Shown here piece after piece: positions 1 through 13,000 of a DNA stretch of 64,000 nucleotides (its first letter is position 1; the number at the start of each line of letters is the position of its first letter). The notes beneath the pieces are model-generated. The model saw only the letters and a program-made list of their open reading frames with translations. It did no database searches and was not told the DNA's origin. The position numbers and the translations under genes are program-made. Source of the stretch: Lytechinus pictus (lineage: Eukaryota); assembly GCF_037042905.1 (NCBI RefSeq), contig NC_087260.1, forward strand, positions 10,788,001 through 10,852,000, read 5' to 3'.

Positions 1-1559
1 GGAGCAAACTTTGAAGAAAAAAAACCAGAAAATCACATATGTGCAAAGAATAATTTCACTGGTATCGCATCGCCATTTGCTCCGCATTTTTCATGACTAC
101 TGCACAAAATTTATTTTATGCAGTATTTTTTTAGACATAAGACTGTAGAGAATATAGTTAAAAGTTATTCTCAAATGACCAGAAATGATAAATGCAAGTT
201 CGAGAAGTACAAGTATTCCCTTTATGTGTATTATAGATATTTATGATTGTTCTATGCAAACTAAGATATTGAATTGAAATGAATTCATTTATGTTATGCA
301 ACAGAAATTGGATTAAATTTATAACTACATAATACCTGTACATGATTACTGTCAAAATTTTGAAAGAAGCAGAAATGCTAGAATAGGTACGGTGACTTTT
401 ATTTGCTAGATGTGTCATTGTTTATATCCTTGTAAATGAATATTCATGAGTATTCTGAATAAATTATTGGTCAGTTGATGCTCGTTTTTAACACAATTTT
501 GTTCACTATATTTAGGGGGCAAAACTATTCGGAGCTCAAAGAATTTTTTAGCAGACAGTGGTGCTCAAAAATTAGTGAACCCCACCAGTAAATGAACTTA
601 TTTTAAGTGTTCAAGTTCTGCCATGTTTTAGATTGATAATTGTGAAGTCAGGTGATAAAATATTACTTTCAATATTGAAAGTTTGTTTCTCTGGGCTCGC
701 CGGACATTGTGTTGTTGTAGTCTACATTCAACACTCGGCATGAATGAGTGCATTTTGCGATGGGGTTCACTAACTTCACTAACGGCCAAAATATTGAAAA
801 ATATACAGAGCTAACAATTTGTCGTGAACATAAGAGAGTGCTCTCTCTAGTGCGAAACCTTCACGATGAAGCATGATAGACGCTGATAAGATACCTTTGA
901 GCTGAATAATATTTGGTCAAAAACGTGGATTTGGACCAACTGAAGGACAAGATTACTGAGATTTATTGTTCAAACTTAGAAGGGACATAAAACATATATA
1001 TCAGGCTTTAAACAAAAATTATTATTAGGATTAATCATCCTCGATTGGACTGGCAATAAAACTATTTTTGTACCTTGGGGCTTTGCCCATTGCAAAAATA
1101 GTACTTGTCAGTTCAACCTTTGATGAATAATTTCCAACTATACTGTCTGAAGGCCTGGTACATTTTGTATGATATAAAGATATATAAAGCCTATACCATT
1201 ATATACGTATTTGTACTACAATGTAGTTTAGTATAGTACTGTATTGCTAAAAGGTTGGTAGCATATTATAGGACGTTACAAGTATATACTAAAATAATAC
1301 TATTAGCCTTAGTGCAGTATGGTACATTATGTAACTTTGTTTATGTTGGCATTAATTGTTTCTGATTCTTTTGTACTTACAAGTTATAGGAGTCTTTCAC
1401 AGTTTGCACAGATGTCTAAGAACATACTGCAACAGTTACATTCCTTATTTTTGTGTAATTTATATGATATGATTGTTGTAGTATATATATGAAGAAGGTC
1501 ATATATGTCTTTCAACAGTTAATTTTTTGTTAGGGCTATTTTTCGCAAGCTACTACCTA

Positions 1560-2169
1560 CAGTTGAGGCCAGAAGTTTACATACACCCAGGAAATTCAAA
1601 GAAAAGTTGACACTTACCAAACATGAAATTTACGGTATGTTATAAAATATTTGTGCTTTCATGATGAATTTGATATCGAACAAATGAGTATGTCATGCCC
1701 CTTCATCACATTGCTTTGTCATCAGGAGCTGAAAAATATTTAGGTGTCATTTTTACATCTTCATATTTTGGACAAATTAAAAAAAAAAAAACATTTCATA
1801 TTTGTGCTAGTTACTTCTTAACACAAGCATTTCAGATTACACTTTATTGTTCAGTGGTGACATATCATGATAGAAAAGTAATATAAATAATAAATTTGGC
1901 ATTCATATATTTCTATGAAATGATGATTGAAAATATAATAACAAGCACGAATAATATTTTTTTTCTTCAAAGAAAATTCCACCTGAAATATACTTTAACC
2001 CTAACGGCATCCCAATCATGTGAAAGAGCTTAATACGCTCTTTCATTTGATACCAAATTCGTCATGTTAGTATTTAAATTTCTGAAGATATAGTAAATTT
2101 TACAATGTTTGGCAAGCGAACAAATTTCACTGAATTACCTGGGTGTATGTAAACTTTTGGCCTCAACTG
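1560..2169. mobile_element. Non-autonomous Tc1-like element
   Basis: TA|CAGTTGAGGCCAGAAGTTTACATACACCCAGG ... CCTGGGTGTATGTAAACTTTTGGCCTCAACTG|TA; 32-bp TIR with 1 mismatch; the terminus resembles Sleeping Beauty-type ends. Confidence 0.88.
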
Positions 2170-5058
2170 TAAATCCGCAACATTGGATAAGTTTTTATAT
2201 TGCAATGAATGGGAATTTTAGGGCTCCCTGTTTTTACTTTCCAGTGTTCTTTTGGTTTTAGGGGCAAAATCGCTCCCCCCCCCCCCGCCCCATGTAATTT
2301 TCCCCCTGTCTTTCAACTCAAATCATTTGGAGTGTGATTGGGATGTATGTAGTGAAGAGTAAGAAAGTTTTTACTGTATATTGTATTTTCTTATCTCTCA
2401 GAAGCAACATATCCACATGAAATTGATTATTCCAGCAATTTCTTTAGCAACTCATTTTCATATCGTTGCAGGCCTGTATGCTCTGTACGTGTCCGATTCC
2501 TAATCTTACAGCATAATTTTGTAGGAGGAATAGACAGGCTAATTGTTTTGATGCAAAGAGATATTATTTCTCGCACTAATTTGCATACCTATTTTAGGGT
2601 TTTCAGTGAAGCCATGCATACATGCATGCAAATTTTGTATGGCTTGACTTTCTACAGGCAACTCCATGCAGTTTCTCAGGTACAGCAATCGTAAAAAAGC
2701 TATATCGTAAAACATGAAATCATTCAGATAATTTTCACTGAAAGCATTTGCAAGGTTGTATGTATAATGATTTTATCAGTAATGTTTGTCCAGTTTAATA
2801 TATGCAATTATGAAATTGTGAAATGATGCCTTTATTAAGCCAGTAAAACTGAATTCTTCCGAATGAAATCGGACTGATTCAGATGGATTCGGAACCTATT
2901 TGTCTCTGATTCGGGAGCTCCCCAAATCAAATCGGGAGTATTTTGATCTCCCTCTTTGAATGCGAGGAAATTTGGGAGGATTTCGGCTCATTTTGAAATG
3001 TTGAAAACCAGCGGAATACCCTCCAAAATACTCCCAAATGTGGCCACGACATTCGAGATACACTTTGATGAAATTCAGTTGGATTCTGGGAGGCATTTGG
3101 GCAATTCTGGGAAGGTAATTCTTGGCAGCAGTGCTCTGATTCGGGACCGATTCGCCTCTGATTTGGTCCAAAATCTTTCAGCTGCTTCAAATTATGCTTT
3201 ATTATTCATTTTAGTATTCTAATGTTATGCATTCAGGATTTGGAATGCGGGTTTATGCTTTGAAAGTTGTTATCGGCAGTACTAGCAACCTATAAGTACT
3301 TATTGTAAAGGGCATGCATAGTTCAACACTTTCCTTGTACATGTATATTGCATTTTAAGTGTAAAAACTATTCATGAAACAGATTTTAAAGTTCTATGCG
3401 CACAATGGATATCTTAATCTACTGCAGACAGGGACTAGATCATCCCTGTACACAGCTTTTGGGAAATACTAGTCAGTCTTCATGTGTTTTGGCAATGTGA
3501 TCTGTATATGTTGTATGTACTTCATAAAGGGTAGATTTGTTGATAAATTATTTGTTAGGTATTTGTTCTTTCTAATATTAGACAGGGTGTCCAAGAACAA
3601 AAAATGTAACAGTGCATTTTAATTTCTTTCCCTTCAAAGTGATTTATTTTTGTTTGCATTGTATTTTATTTCTTTCTATATTTTTTTTAATTATTTTTTT
3701 TTATTGTTTATTCATTAATATTTTATTCCTTTTTTCATTTATTCATATTTGGGCACTCTGCAGAGTGGATTTGGCACATTATAAATCCCATCTATCATTA
3801 TTTAATGATAGGATGATTAATTTTATTCTCTTTTTTATTTATAGATTTTTTTTGGGGGGGGGGGTGGAGGAGCCATTAAAGCATGTTCTAATTAAGAGAG
3901 TGATACCTTTATTTTTTAAATCAAAGAAGTAACCCCCCAAAAAAAAAATATATATATATAAATGAATAAATAAATAAATAATTTTAAAAAGGTGATGTAA
4001 GGGTGGTATTTAAATCCACCTTTTCAGGGAGATCTGTAATGTATAATTTCTGAAAATCAAGCTTCGAAAAGTTTATTTTTATTGAGATACAAATATAGAA
4101 TGAACATGAATATATGTGTTTTCTATTTCTAATTATATGTGTAACTTTACTGAGCTATCTGACTCACTGTTATTATTAAGAATGTATAAGATATATTTTT
4201 GAAAGGAGAGTTTCTTTATTCTTGCAGATATGTTGCACTTTTATATTTATATTTCATATGTATCACAAAATGCATGTAAACACTGTCTTTCGTTCTCACT
4301 CTCACTGTCTTTTTTAGAACGATTTTAATTCAATATTTTGTCTACAAATGAGATTATATATTATAATGGATTGTAAATATTGTCTTATGAACGTTTGTTC
4401 AGCATATTCACATCATTTGCTATTGATATTAATAAAAAGGACATACCTTTTTGATTGACGACCTCCATTGCATTTTGTTGTATTGATTGTGATAATAAAC
4501 CTACCCTACCATAAAGGTAATAAAAGTAAAATGAACTATGTTTTTAGGTCATTGCTGTACTTAGTTGGGGGAAGGGGGCAATTGCCCCCCCCAAAAAAAA
4601 AAAATAATAATAATAATAATAATAATGAGAATAATAATTAATTAATACAAAAAATATAAAAAATAAAAACTAGATTTTTTTTTACAAAAGTGAAAAAGCG
4701 CCCCCATGAGAAGCCTTACTCCCTCTTTATCAAGTTTCTTCTTAAAATTTTACAAGTCTTCCCCCCCCCAAAAAAAAAAAAATCAAAAAAATCTGCGTAC
4801 GGCCATGGTGGAGGTGATGATAGTGATGATGATATGTAGATAGTGATGGTAAAGGCAATAGTGATGACGAGGAGGAGAAGAATGATGATGATGATGATGG
4901 AGGCGATGATGACAATGATGATATTTATGAGAGGCAAGAATAAGCAAAGTAATCACTTTGGGTAAATAACAATAATTGAGTGTTGATCACCACGCTTTAC
5001 GAATATACTGATTTATTATCCAATAAAACAATCGTACGAGTTTACAATCGGCAGGTAA

Positions 5059-6244
5059 AGCCCCTTTCACAATTGACGTACGACCTGTTTACGACCACCT
5101 GCAACAATTTTTACTTGTTGTTGCACGATCGATCCCTTGGTGTCTTGCGAGCACTCGCAGTAGTTGTAGACGATCGCACAAACTCGAGGTGGTCGGAGGT
5201 GATCGTGACTGGTCGCATCTGAACTTTGAACATGTTCAAAATCCAAACGCGATCAAATACGATTGATTCACTCGCAACAGGTCGTACCATCGGTCGGGCG
5301 ACCATCGTATTAGTGTTGTTCAACGTTGTACGACTTGGTGCGAGAGGTGGCACAACTAAGTATAGTCGCATTTAGTCGACTGGAGGTCGTACAACACTTG
5401 CACATGTGCTGGAGACCTACAGAGACCAGTCTTGCGACTGGGTGCGATAATATAAGACTGTTGCAAGATCGATCGAAATTACGGCTTACAACATTCCACT
5501 ACCGTTGCATTCGCTTGTATGCGACCGTTCAGCCCCTTTCACAATGGACGTCCGACCAGTTTACGACCGCCTGCAACAGTTTTTTCTTGTTGTTGCACGA
5601 TCGATCTCTTGGTGTCTTGCGAGCACTCGCAGTCGTTGTAGACGGTCGCATGAACTCGAGGTGGTCGTGACTGGTCACATCTGAACTTTGAACATGTTCA
5701 AAATCCGAACGCGATCAAATACGATCGATTCACTCGCATTAGGCCGTACCCGGGGTCGTACCATCGCTCGGGCGATCATCGTGCGAGCGTTGTTCAACGT
5801 TATACGACTTGGTGCGAGAGGTGGCACAACTAAGTAGTCGCATTTACTTGACTGGAGGTCGTACAACACTTGCACATGTGCAAGCGACCTACATGTACAG
5901 AGACCTGTCTTGCGACTGGTTGCGATAATAATATGGGCCATAAGACTGTTGCAAGACCGATCGCAACGGCTTACAACATTGCACTACCGTTTCATTCGCA
6001 TGTATGCGACCGTTCCACTCGCAATCCCTCGTGCAACACTCGCATGTGATCGCACGAGCACAATAAGAGCATATGCGACTTACTCGTGCAACGGGGTTTA
6101 CTGGTTGTTTTTGTTGTACGACAGCTGTTGCAACTGTGAAAGCCTCTGTGCGATCTTATGAGATGACTAGCGATTGATGCCTGTTGCAGCCTGTCGCACG
6201 ACCAAAAGGTCGCAAATGGTCGTACGTCAATTGTGAAAGGGGCT
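5059..6244. mobile_element. PIF/Harbinger-like MITE with duplicated left part
   Basis: TAA|AGCCCCTTTCACAATTGACGTACGACC ... GGTCGTACGTCAATTGTGAAAGGGGCT|TTA. A second left end starts at 5531 and repeats 5059-5530. Confidence 0.82.
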
Positions 6245-7764
6245 TTAGCATAAATACAAAAATTCAAGGATAATATATAGAAACCATAAAGAGCACAAAT
6301 ACTGATCAAAATTAATGTATATGCCCCCTCCCCCTTGAAGTCAGGGATGACGCTAAATGGGGCAAGGGGCGCCTTACCCCTTGTTTTATCAAGTCGTGAA
6401 CAAAAGAAAAAAATCCCAAAGGGTCTGGATTGTGTGAATAGAAATTACCTTGAGAAAAAAAAATTATTGCGCCTTTATCGGATCGTCTTGACCCCCCAAA
6501 CTAAAATGCCCCGAATGCGTCCCTGCTTGAAGTTCAGGTACGCCTAATTATAAAGTGGACCTATTAATCTTGATATTCTCGTTGTCATGGTTACTGTATT
6601 GTTTGGCGTCAGATATATGTTAGAAAGGAAGATAATCATAAAAAATTTATTAAAAAAAAATAGCAATTCGTTGTTTGCTGTGTGGTAATGAATTATTCAT
6701 TTAAATCAGATTCTGTTTTTGGTCCTTTAAAACGTTAATTTACATGTATTCTCTTCTTATTCTTCTTTCTTTTCTTTTTTCATCATCATCGGCAGTAGCT
6801 TCTTCTTCTTTCTCTTCTTAATTCTTTAGTTTCATCTTCTTTTTTTACCATCATCATTATCATCAGCTTCTTCTTATTAATATTCTTCTTCTTTTTCCTC
6901 TTCTTCTTCAGCTTCTTCTACTTCTTTCATTTTATTTTTCTTCAAGTTTTTCTTCTTCAAAAAATCAACGAGTTGTTGATTTTTTTACTTTAAGATTGTG
7001 CACAACATGCATGTACTTGTAAACATTTTAAATCAAAAATATATAATTGAAGAACAAATAAAAACACATCTTTGCTATTTAATCAATGCTTATACAGATA
7101 ATTATTTAATTATACATTATATACGTATATACCTTTTAATCTCTAATCAAATTACAAATATTTTCTTCCCTAACAACAGAAATCCCCTATAAAACGGGTA
7201 GAGTCATCCTCATTGTAAGTTGATTATGTTGATACAAAAGAAAAATATTTCCAGAATTCATATGATATAGTAACAAAAGAAAAAACTGGCGATATAGACC
7301 AATATATTCCCCAATCACTTCGGACATTTAAACAAAATTCACAGTAAACATTTCATAAATAAATAAATTACACAAATATCAGATAGACAGGAAAAACACA
7401 GTTTAACAACAAAATATTGAGAATTTGACAGGAAAATACAATTATGCGGTAGGCCAATCAAAGTAATGGCTTGCATATAAACGCATACACCAGATATAAA
7501 TAATAAAAAAATTGTCAATATCGTCAGATCGTCAAACCACAATTGCGAATGCATGTCACTTTCATATGACATGAATAATAATGCCAAGTTTAACAAATTA
7601 CTTTAAAAAAAAGTTTATACATATGATTATATCCAAACAAGTGCAGACAGCAATGTTTCTTTACAGGTGAAATGTAGATTCGGGGATATCCTTCCCCGAA
7701 CTCCATTCTACACAAACAGCAAATATTAAGTATATATGATCAACCCCAGAGAGTGAATGGGTAA

Positions 7765-7956
7765 AGCCAGGGTTACACCAAAACCGAATTCTCCCGAATA
7801 AATCCGAACCGATTCTAGCCGAATTCGGAATAATTCGGATGGTTTCGTTGGATTCGAATGTTCCCGAGGAAGAACAGAATACTTCCGAAAACACACGAAT
7901 ACGTGTATTCGGATGGATTCGCAGCTGATTCGGTTCCAGTGGGTGTAACCCAAGCT
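7765..7956. mobile_element. PIF/Harbinger-like MITE
   Basis: TAA|AGCCAGGGTTACACC ... GGTGTAACCCAAGCT|TAA; interior rich in ATTCGG/CCGAAT. A related fragment lies at ~2835-3180. Confidence 0.7.
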
Positions 7957-8089
7957 TAATCGTTTGGGGATTCTGGGAATCCTTGCGTACACTTTCACAT
8001 TCGGGACTCTTCGTTCGGTAAAACTCCCGGGAACGTGAACCTCTACATTTTAATTAAGTCGAGCATGCACATACGCGCCCACGATGTTA

Positions 8090-8236
8090 AGCCCGTCCCC
8101 TAACAACTTCTTTAAAGTTTTAAACAAGCTATTAAAAACTTTAGACAAGTTATGTAAAAAGTTTAAACAATGTCAGAGAGTATGTTTAAACAATTGTTTA
8201 AACTTTAAACAGCATGTTGTTATAAAGTGACGGGCT
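8090..8236. mobile_element. Short Harbinger-like MITE downstream of NIT-GC
   Basis: TTA|AGCCCGTC...TAACAAC ... GTTGTTATAAAGTGACGGGCT|TAA. Confidence 0.6.
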
Positions 8237-8452
8237 TAAAACAACGTGCGAGACCTTTTTTACATTTTTACATTTTCATTATTTTTGTTTGAATAACGTA
8301 CTCGTAAAAAAACAGAAAACGGAGAAAAGTATCATATCGCGCTTGCGTGGAAGGGAATTTATTTGGTTGATCTATATTTAGCATTCTCAGAAACGTTCCC
8401 GCGCGTCCTATAATTAAGTCCCTATCAACTAAACTCAAGCAGAAGGTAATTC

Positions 8453-9966
8453 TCACAAATTTGTCGGAGATTCGGAAATGTTCTTTCCCGCAAACTGGAC
8501 ACGACCTTTGTACATTTGATCGTACATGTGCGCGTAGCGATGCTCCTGGATCCCCATGTGGTCACGTGCCGAGACATCAAGACCTATCATATCAAAGTCA
8601 TCTCGACCAGTCAACCAGTACGTGTACATCGTCCCTTTACCCTAGATTTAAAAGGGAATCAATGTGAAAAATAATTAATTGAATAAAATAAATCTATATA
8701 GTGATTTATTTTTGTATTGATTTATTTGTTTCATTTATTTATTTATTTATTCATTAGTCATTTACATTTATCCATGCATTCATTCAGAGATTAATATAGG
8801 CCTATTTATATATATTTATTCATTCATTTCGTAATGAATGTAATTGTGTATTTATTTACTTATTCATTCACTTAATTATCTATTCATTTATCTATTTGTC
8901 TCTTTATTTGTTTATTCATTTGTATATTAATCAATCAATTAATTAACTTATTAATTTATCTTTTTTTTTATTCCACATCATGATGTTTAAGAATTAGGAC
9001 TGGAAAATCGAGGGACTTACTCTGATGTCGATCATGCCACGTTTGACGAAGCTGTATCCACCCCACTCCAACAGTCCCATGTATGTGTCGTAACTTACGT
9101 GGATCTGGCCAGCTATTGCATAAAGATAATTATATTAATATATCAAGTGAAAATTAAGTTTTCTTTTTTATGCAATTCAGGTAACTGCTCCAGACGGGGA
9201 GGGGATTATTTCACACTGCGTAATTGTTTTTTTTTCATCAATTCAATTAACGGGGTATTTTAAAGGATCGTTATCATCTTTATAATCATCCTCTAATAGC
9301 ATCATCACCGTCATCGTCATCATCACCATGGTAATGAATATAGGCACCATCACTAGCGTACCTACGGGGGGGCAGTCTGCCCCCCCTGACGAGCCACAAC
9401 CCATGCAAAGGACGTATCCCTGCCCCCCCCCCCTGACGAGCTTGAAGACCTTTATTGCCACCCCTGACGAGCTTGAAGACCCCTTTTTTTTTTTTTTTTG
9501 CTTGTCAAATTTTTTGGCGGACGGTTTTGCCCCCCCTGTGAAAAATCCCAGGTACGCCACTGGCCCGGGGCCACTGGGCACCATCACCATTCTCATTATC
9601 ATCATCGCCATCATTTCATAGCATCATCACTGTCGTCATCATCACGACACCATCATCACCTTCATCATCTTATGGCATCATTACCATCATACCACCATCG
9701 ATCACAACCACCACCATCCTCATCACCACCACTGTCTCAGAGCATCATCATTGTCGTCATCGTCACCACCACCACCATCATCATCATCGTCATAATCACC
9801 ATCACCAGCCTCCTCCTCCTCGTGATTATCACCACCACCACCATCCTCATCACCACCACTGTCTCATAGCATCATCGTCGTCGTCGTCAACACCACCATC
9901 ATCATCATCATCATCGTCATAATCACCATCACCAGCCTCTTCCTCATCGTGACTATTACCACCACA

Positions 9967-10000
<34 letters not shown>

Positions 10001-13000
10001 CCACTACCATCATCATCAACATCAACATGATCACCGCCACCTCTATCATCATCAATTTCAGAATCATCATCATCACCACCACCACCACCACCACCATCAT
10101 CGTCACCACCCTTTTCTTACGTAGTCCCGTAGTCTGCATCCTAGACGCCGTGTTGACTGTGTCTCCAAACAGGCAGTATCGGGGCATCTTCAGACCAACC
10201 ACACCAGCAACCAACGGGCCTGATGATGGAGAATAAGATTTAACAAGTAGTTTAAACAAGAAATCTTTATTTTGTAAGAATGATAGTTGGATTTAAATGG
10301 TTGTTGATCGTATGATCGCCATTGACGCCCTGACATTGCCCTGACGTCATTACAATTGGATAGTTATCAATTTCGACATTATACTTAAGAGATGGTTTCA
10401 ATAGCCATGCATATGAATGTGTCTATATTCATATGATTCGAAATTTGAGATTGAATGATGGTTTCATGTTCAAATTTTCAAATTAAAAGAAAAGTTATAA
10501 AGGAAATCAAAACAGACAGATTTCAGCTGATTAATTAAATAACAAGTCTTGTTCAAAATGAACGGAGACTAATCGTAAAGTAAGTGGTCTATATTATCCC
10601 CATCAAGCAAGAAACACATGTGTGTTGATTTTTCTGATTCTTTCAAACACTCAAAAGAATATTGATATAACAAAAAATAATGATAATTTACCCATGTGGA
10701 TTCCGAAACGAACTTTTATCTTCATGTGCGGTTTATGAGGCACCTCTAGGATGTTCACGTGATGCCTCAGGTCAAGGGTCACCGTGGCAATTTCACAAAC
10801 GTGTCGATCATGATGATCTGGAACGCCTATTAGTTCAATAAAAAATTAACAAAAAAGACAAAAGATAAACATCGGCAATATCCATTCAAAAGGAATTAAC
10901 ACTTTACAGAAAAAGACATTGCCTGTAACGATGAAGCAAAAAGCCGTTGTGTGAAAATCGACTCCTAAGAGAAGATCAATATAGTATTTTGAAAGAGGAT
11001 GCTAGTATTCCTTAAAAAATAAAACTTTTATTTAAAGTACAATATGATTTTCCTTTGAGGTGACACGACATATGCTCCTGCGATATTTGCTCGGGTACAT
11101 CTCAGAAGGCATAGGGTTAGAGTTAGAATTGTAATAGACTGTTTGGTTCAGATTGATGTAGAGTTTCGGACTCGGGTTTATTCATTTTTGTAGGTTAGGT
11201 TTAATGTTTGGCTTAACGTGCTGATTTTACATCGGAGCAATTGTCGCCGGAAAAAATGCCATGGACCCTCCTTTGTTGTGAATATATATTTTTTTTTATT
11301 CTAAATGACAAATAGAATGTAAATTCTGTTCCAAGGTATGTCGAGGAACGAGCTCTTATTCTAAGTACACTAAAGCCCTTGTATATATAGTCTCCCGGAA
11401 ATATATGTGATAGACACAAACTTGGTAAACAAATGTATTAAAATCTTAACTGCATCCTCATTAAAGAAGACATATATTCTCCATGCCCGACTGCCCCGCT
11501 CACTGCCTGATACATTTTAAGTTTAAATACATTTAGCATGTCCTCATGCTGATCAATGACGCGCCATAAGCAACCTGCAGTCATTCATTCTGACCTTTAT
11601 ATAATGCCTAATCCCTAATTACGCACAATCTCTAGGTATTGTCATACACACACCCATACACGCAAAAACGCGCACAATTACATATGCGTGTAATGATCAT
11701 CGTTATCATGAAAAGGTTTTTTTCAATATCAGAATGTCAGTCATCCGTCATCATCATCATCATCATCATCTTCATCTTCATCATCATCATCATCATCATC
11801 GTAATGANNNNNNNNNNNNNNNNNNNNNNNNNNNNNNNNNNNNNNNNNNNNNNNNNNNNNNNNNNNNNNNNNNNNNNNNNNNNNNNNNNNNNNNNNNNNN
11901 NNNNNNNNNNNNNNNNNNNNNNNNNNNNNNNNNNNNNNNNNNNNNNNNNNNNNNNNNNNNNNNNNNNNNNNNNNNNNNNNNNNNNNNNCCATCACTACAA
12001 CCACAAAGCCGCCATCATCGTCATCACATCATCACCACCACAATCGATCTCCGTCGTCGACATCATCATACCTGATGCAAGCATGTATGTTTCGTTGACC
12101 GTTTCGACCTTGTACACATCGTATAGCTCGATTCGAGAATCGAATAGCAGATATAATCCATTCAGCATTTCAACCACCTGGACAATGGACAGAAGTTAAA
12201 TGCAATGAAAGAGGTCGGGTTTATAATAATGGAATGCATTTATATGTGGTTTAGTTATTTATTATTATGTGGTTTCCAGTCATTAAAGGACAAGTCCACC
12301 CCAGAATCAAAATTTCATAATATTTTCTTTAAAAATCATTGATTCAAACAAAACAAAAATCTTGCTTTAACTCTCAACGGTTGCTGCATGGTTATTTTTT
12401 GAAATTTTGTTTTTTTTGAGCGAAACAATTATATTTCCATCACGATTCTGATTTGATCACGTGGTAGTATGACGTATACCACTCACATTATTTTTTGTGT
12501 TACTGCGCATGACCGTCTCTGTGTGCGAACCGCGGGCCCGGGAAGCGGTGCTCCCTCGCCGTCGATGCCTTCATCTTCCTCTTGCAGCCGAAAAACCCAT
12601 CATGCCGATGTGCCAAGCTTTTGGCTGCTCGAAAAAGCAGGGAGAACATCCGAATCACAGTTTCTTTTCGATTCCAAATCCCGTTACTGATCGAGAAAGG
12701 TGTGCAAAATGGTTACACAATATTGGGACAGACAAATTCAACGTGAAAACTTATAAATATGTGCAAAGTAGAGTTGTATGCGAGGATCATTTTGAGCCGC
12801 ATTGCTTTCAAGAAGATATACGAGCGAAAGTTATGGGATATACCTCCAAAAGGAAGTTGTTGAAGCCTGACGCCGTACCGACTTTGTTTGTCCATCGGCC
12901 AATTCCTACTCCTGAAAGGGCTTCTACCAAACGCCGTTACCAAGAATTGTCAAGAAAAGAGGTAAGCATTTTTTTTTTAATTTTCCGATCGCTCTACATT

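Noticed and set aside
1-4500. Coding exons of an upstream gene
   Set aside because: No convincing ORF or splice pattern. It may be a 3' UTR (AATAAA at ~4431 and ~4494), but this cannot be supported from sequence alone.
12602-12961. Independent host THAP transcription factor
   Set aside because: It starts 315 bp inside the TIR and splices in frame to the DDE exon; no exact (D/E)HxY HCF-1 motif was seen in the linker.
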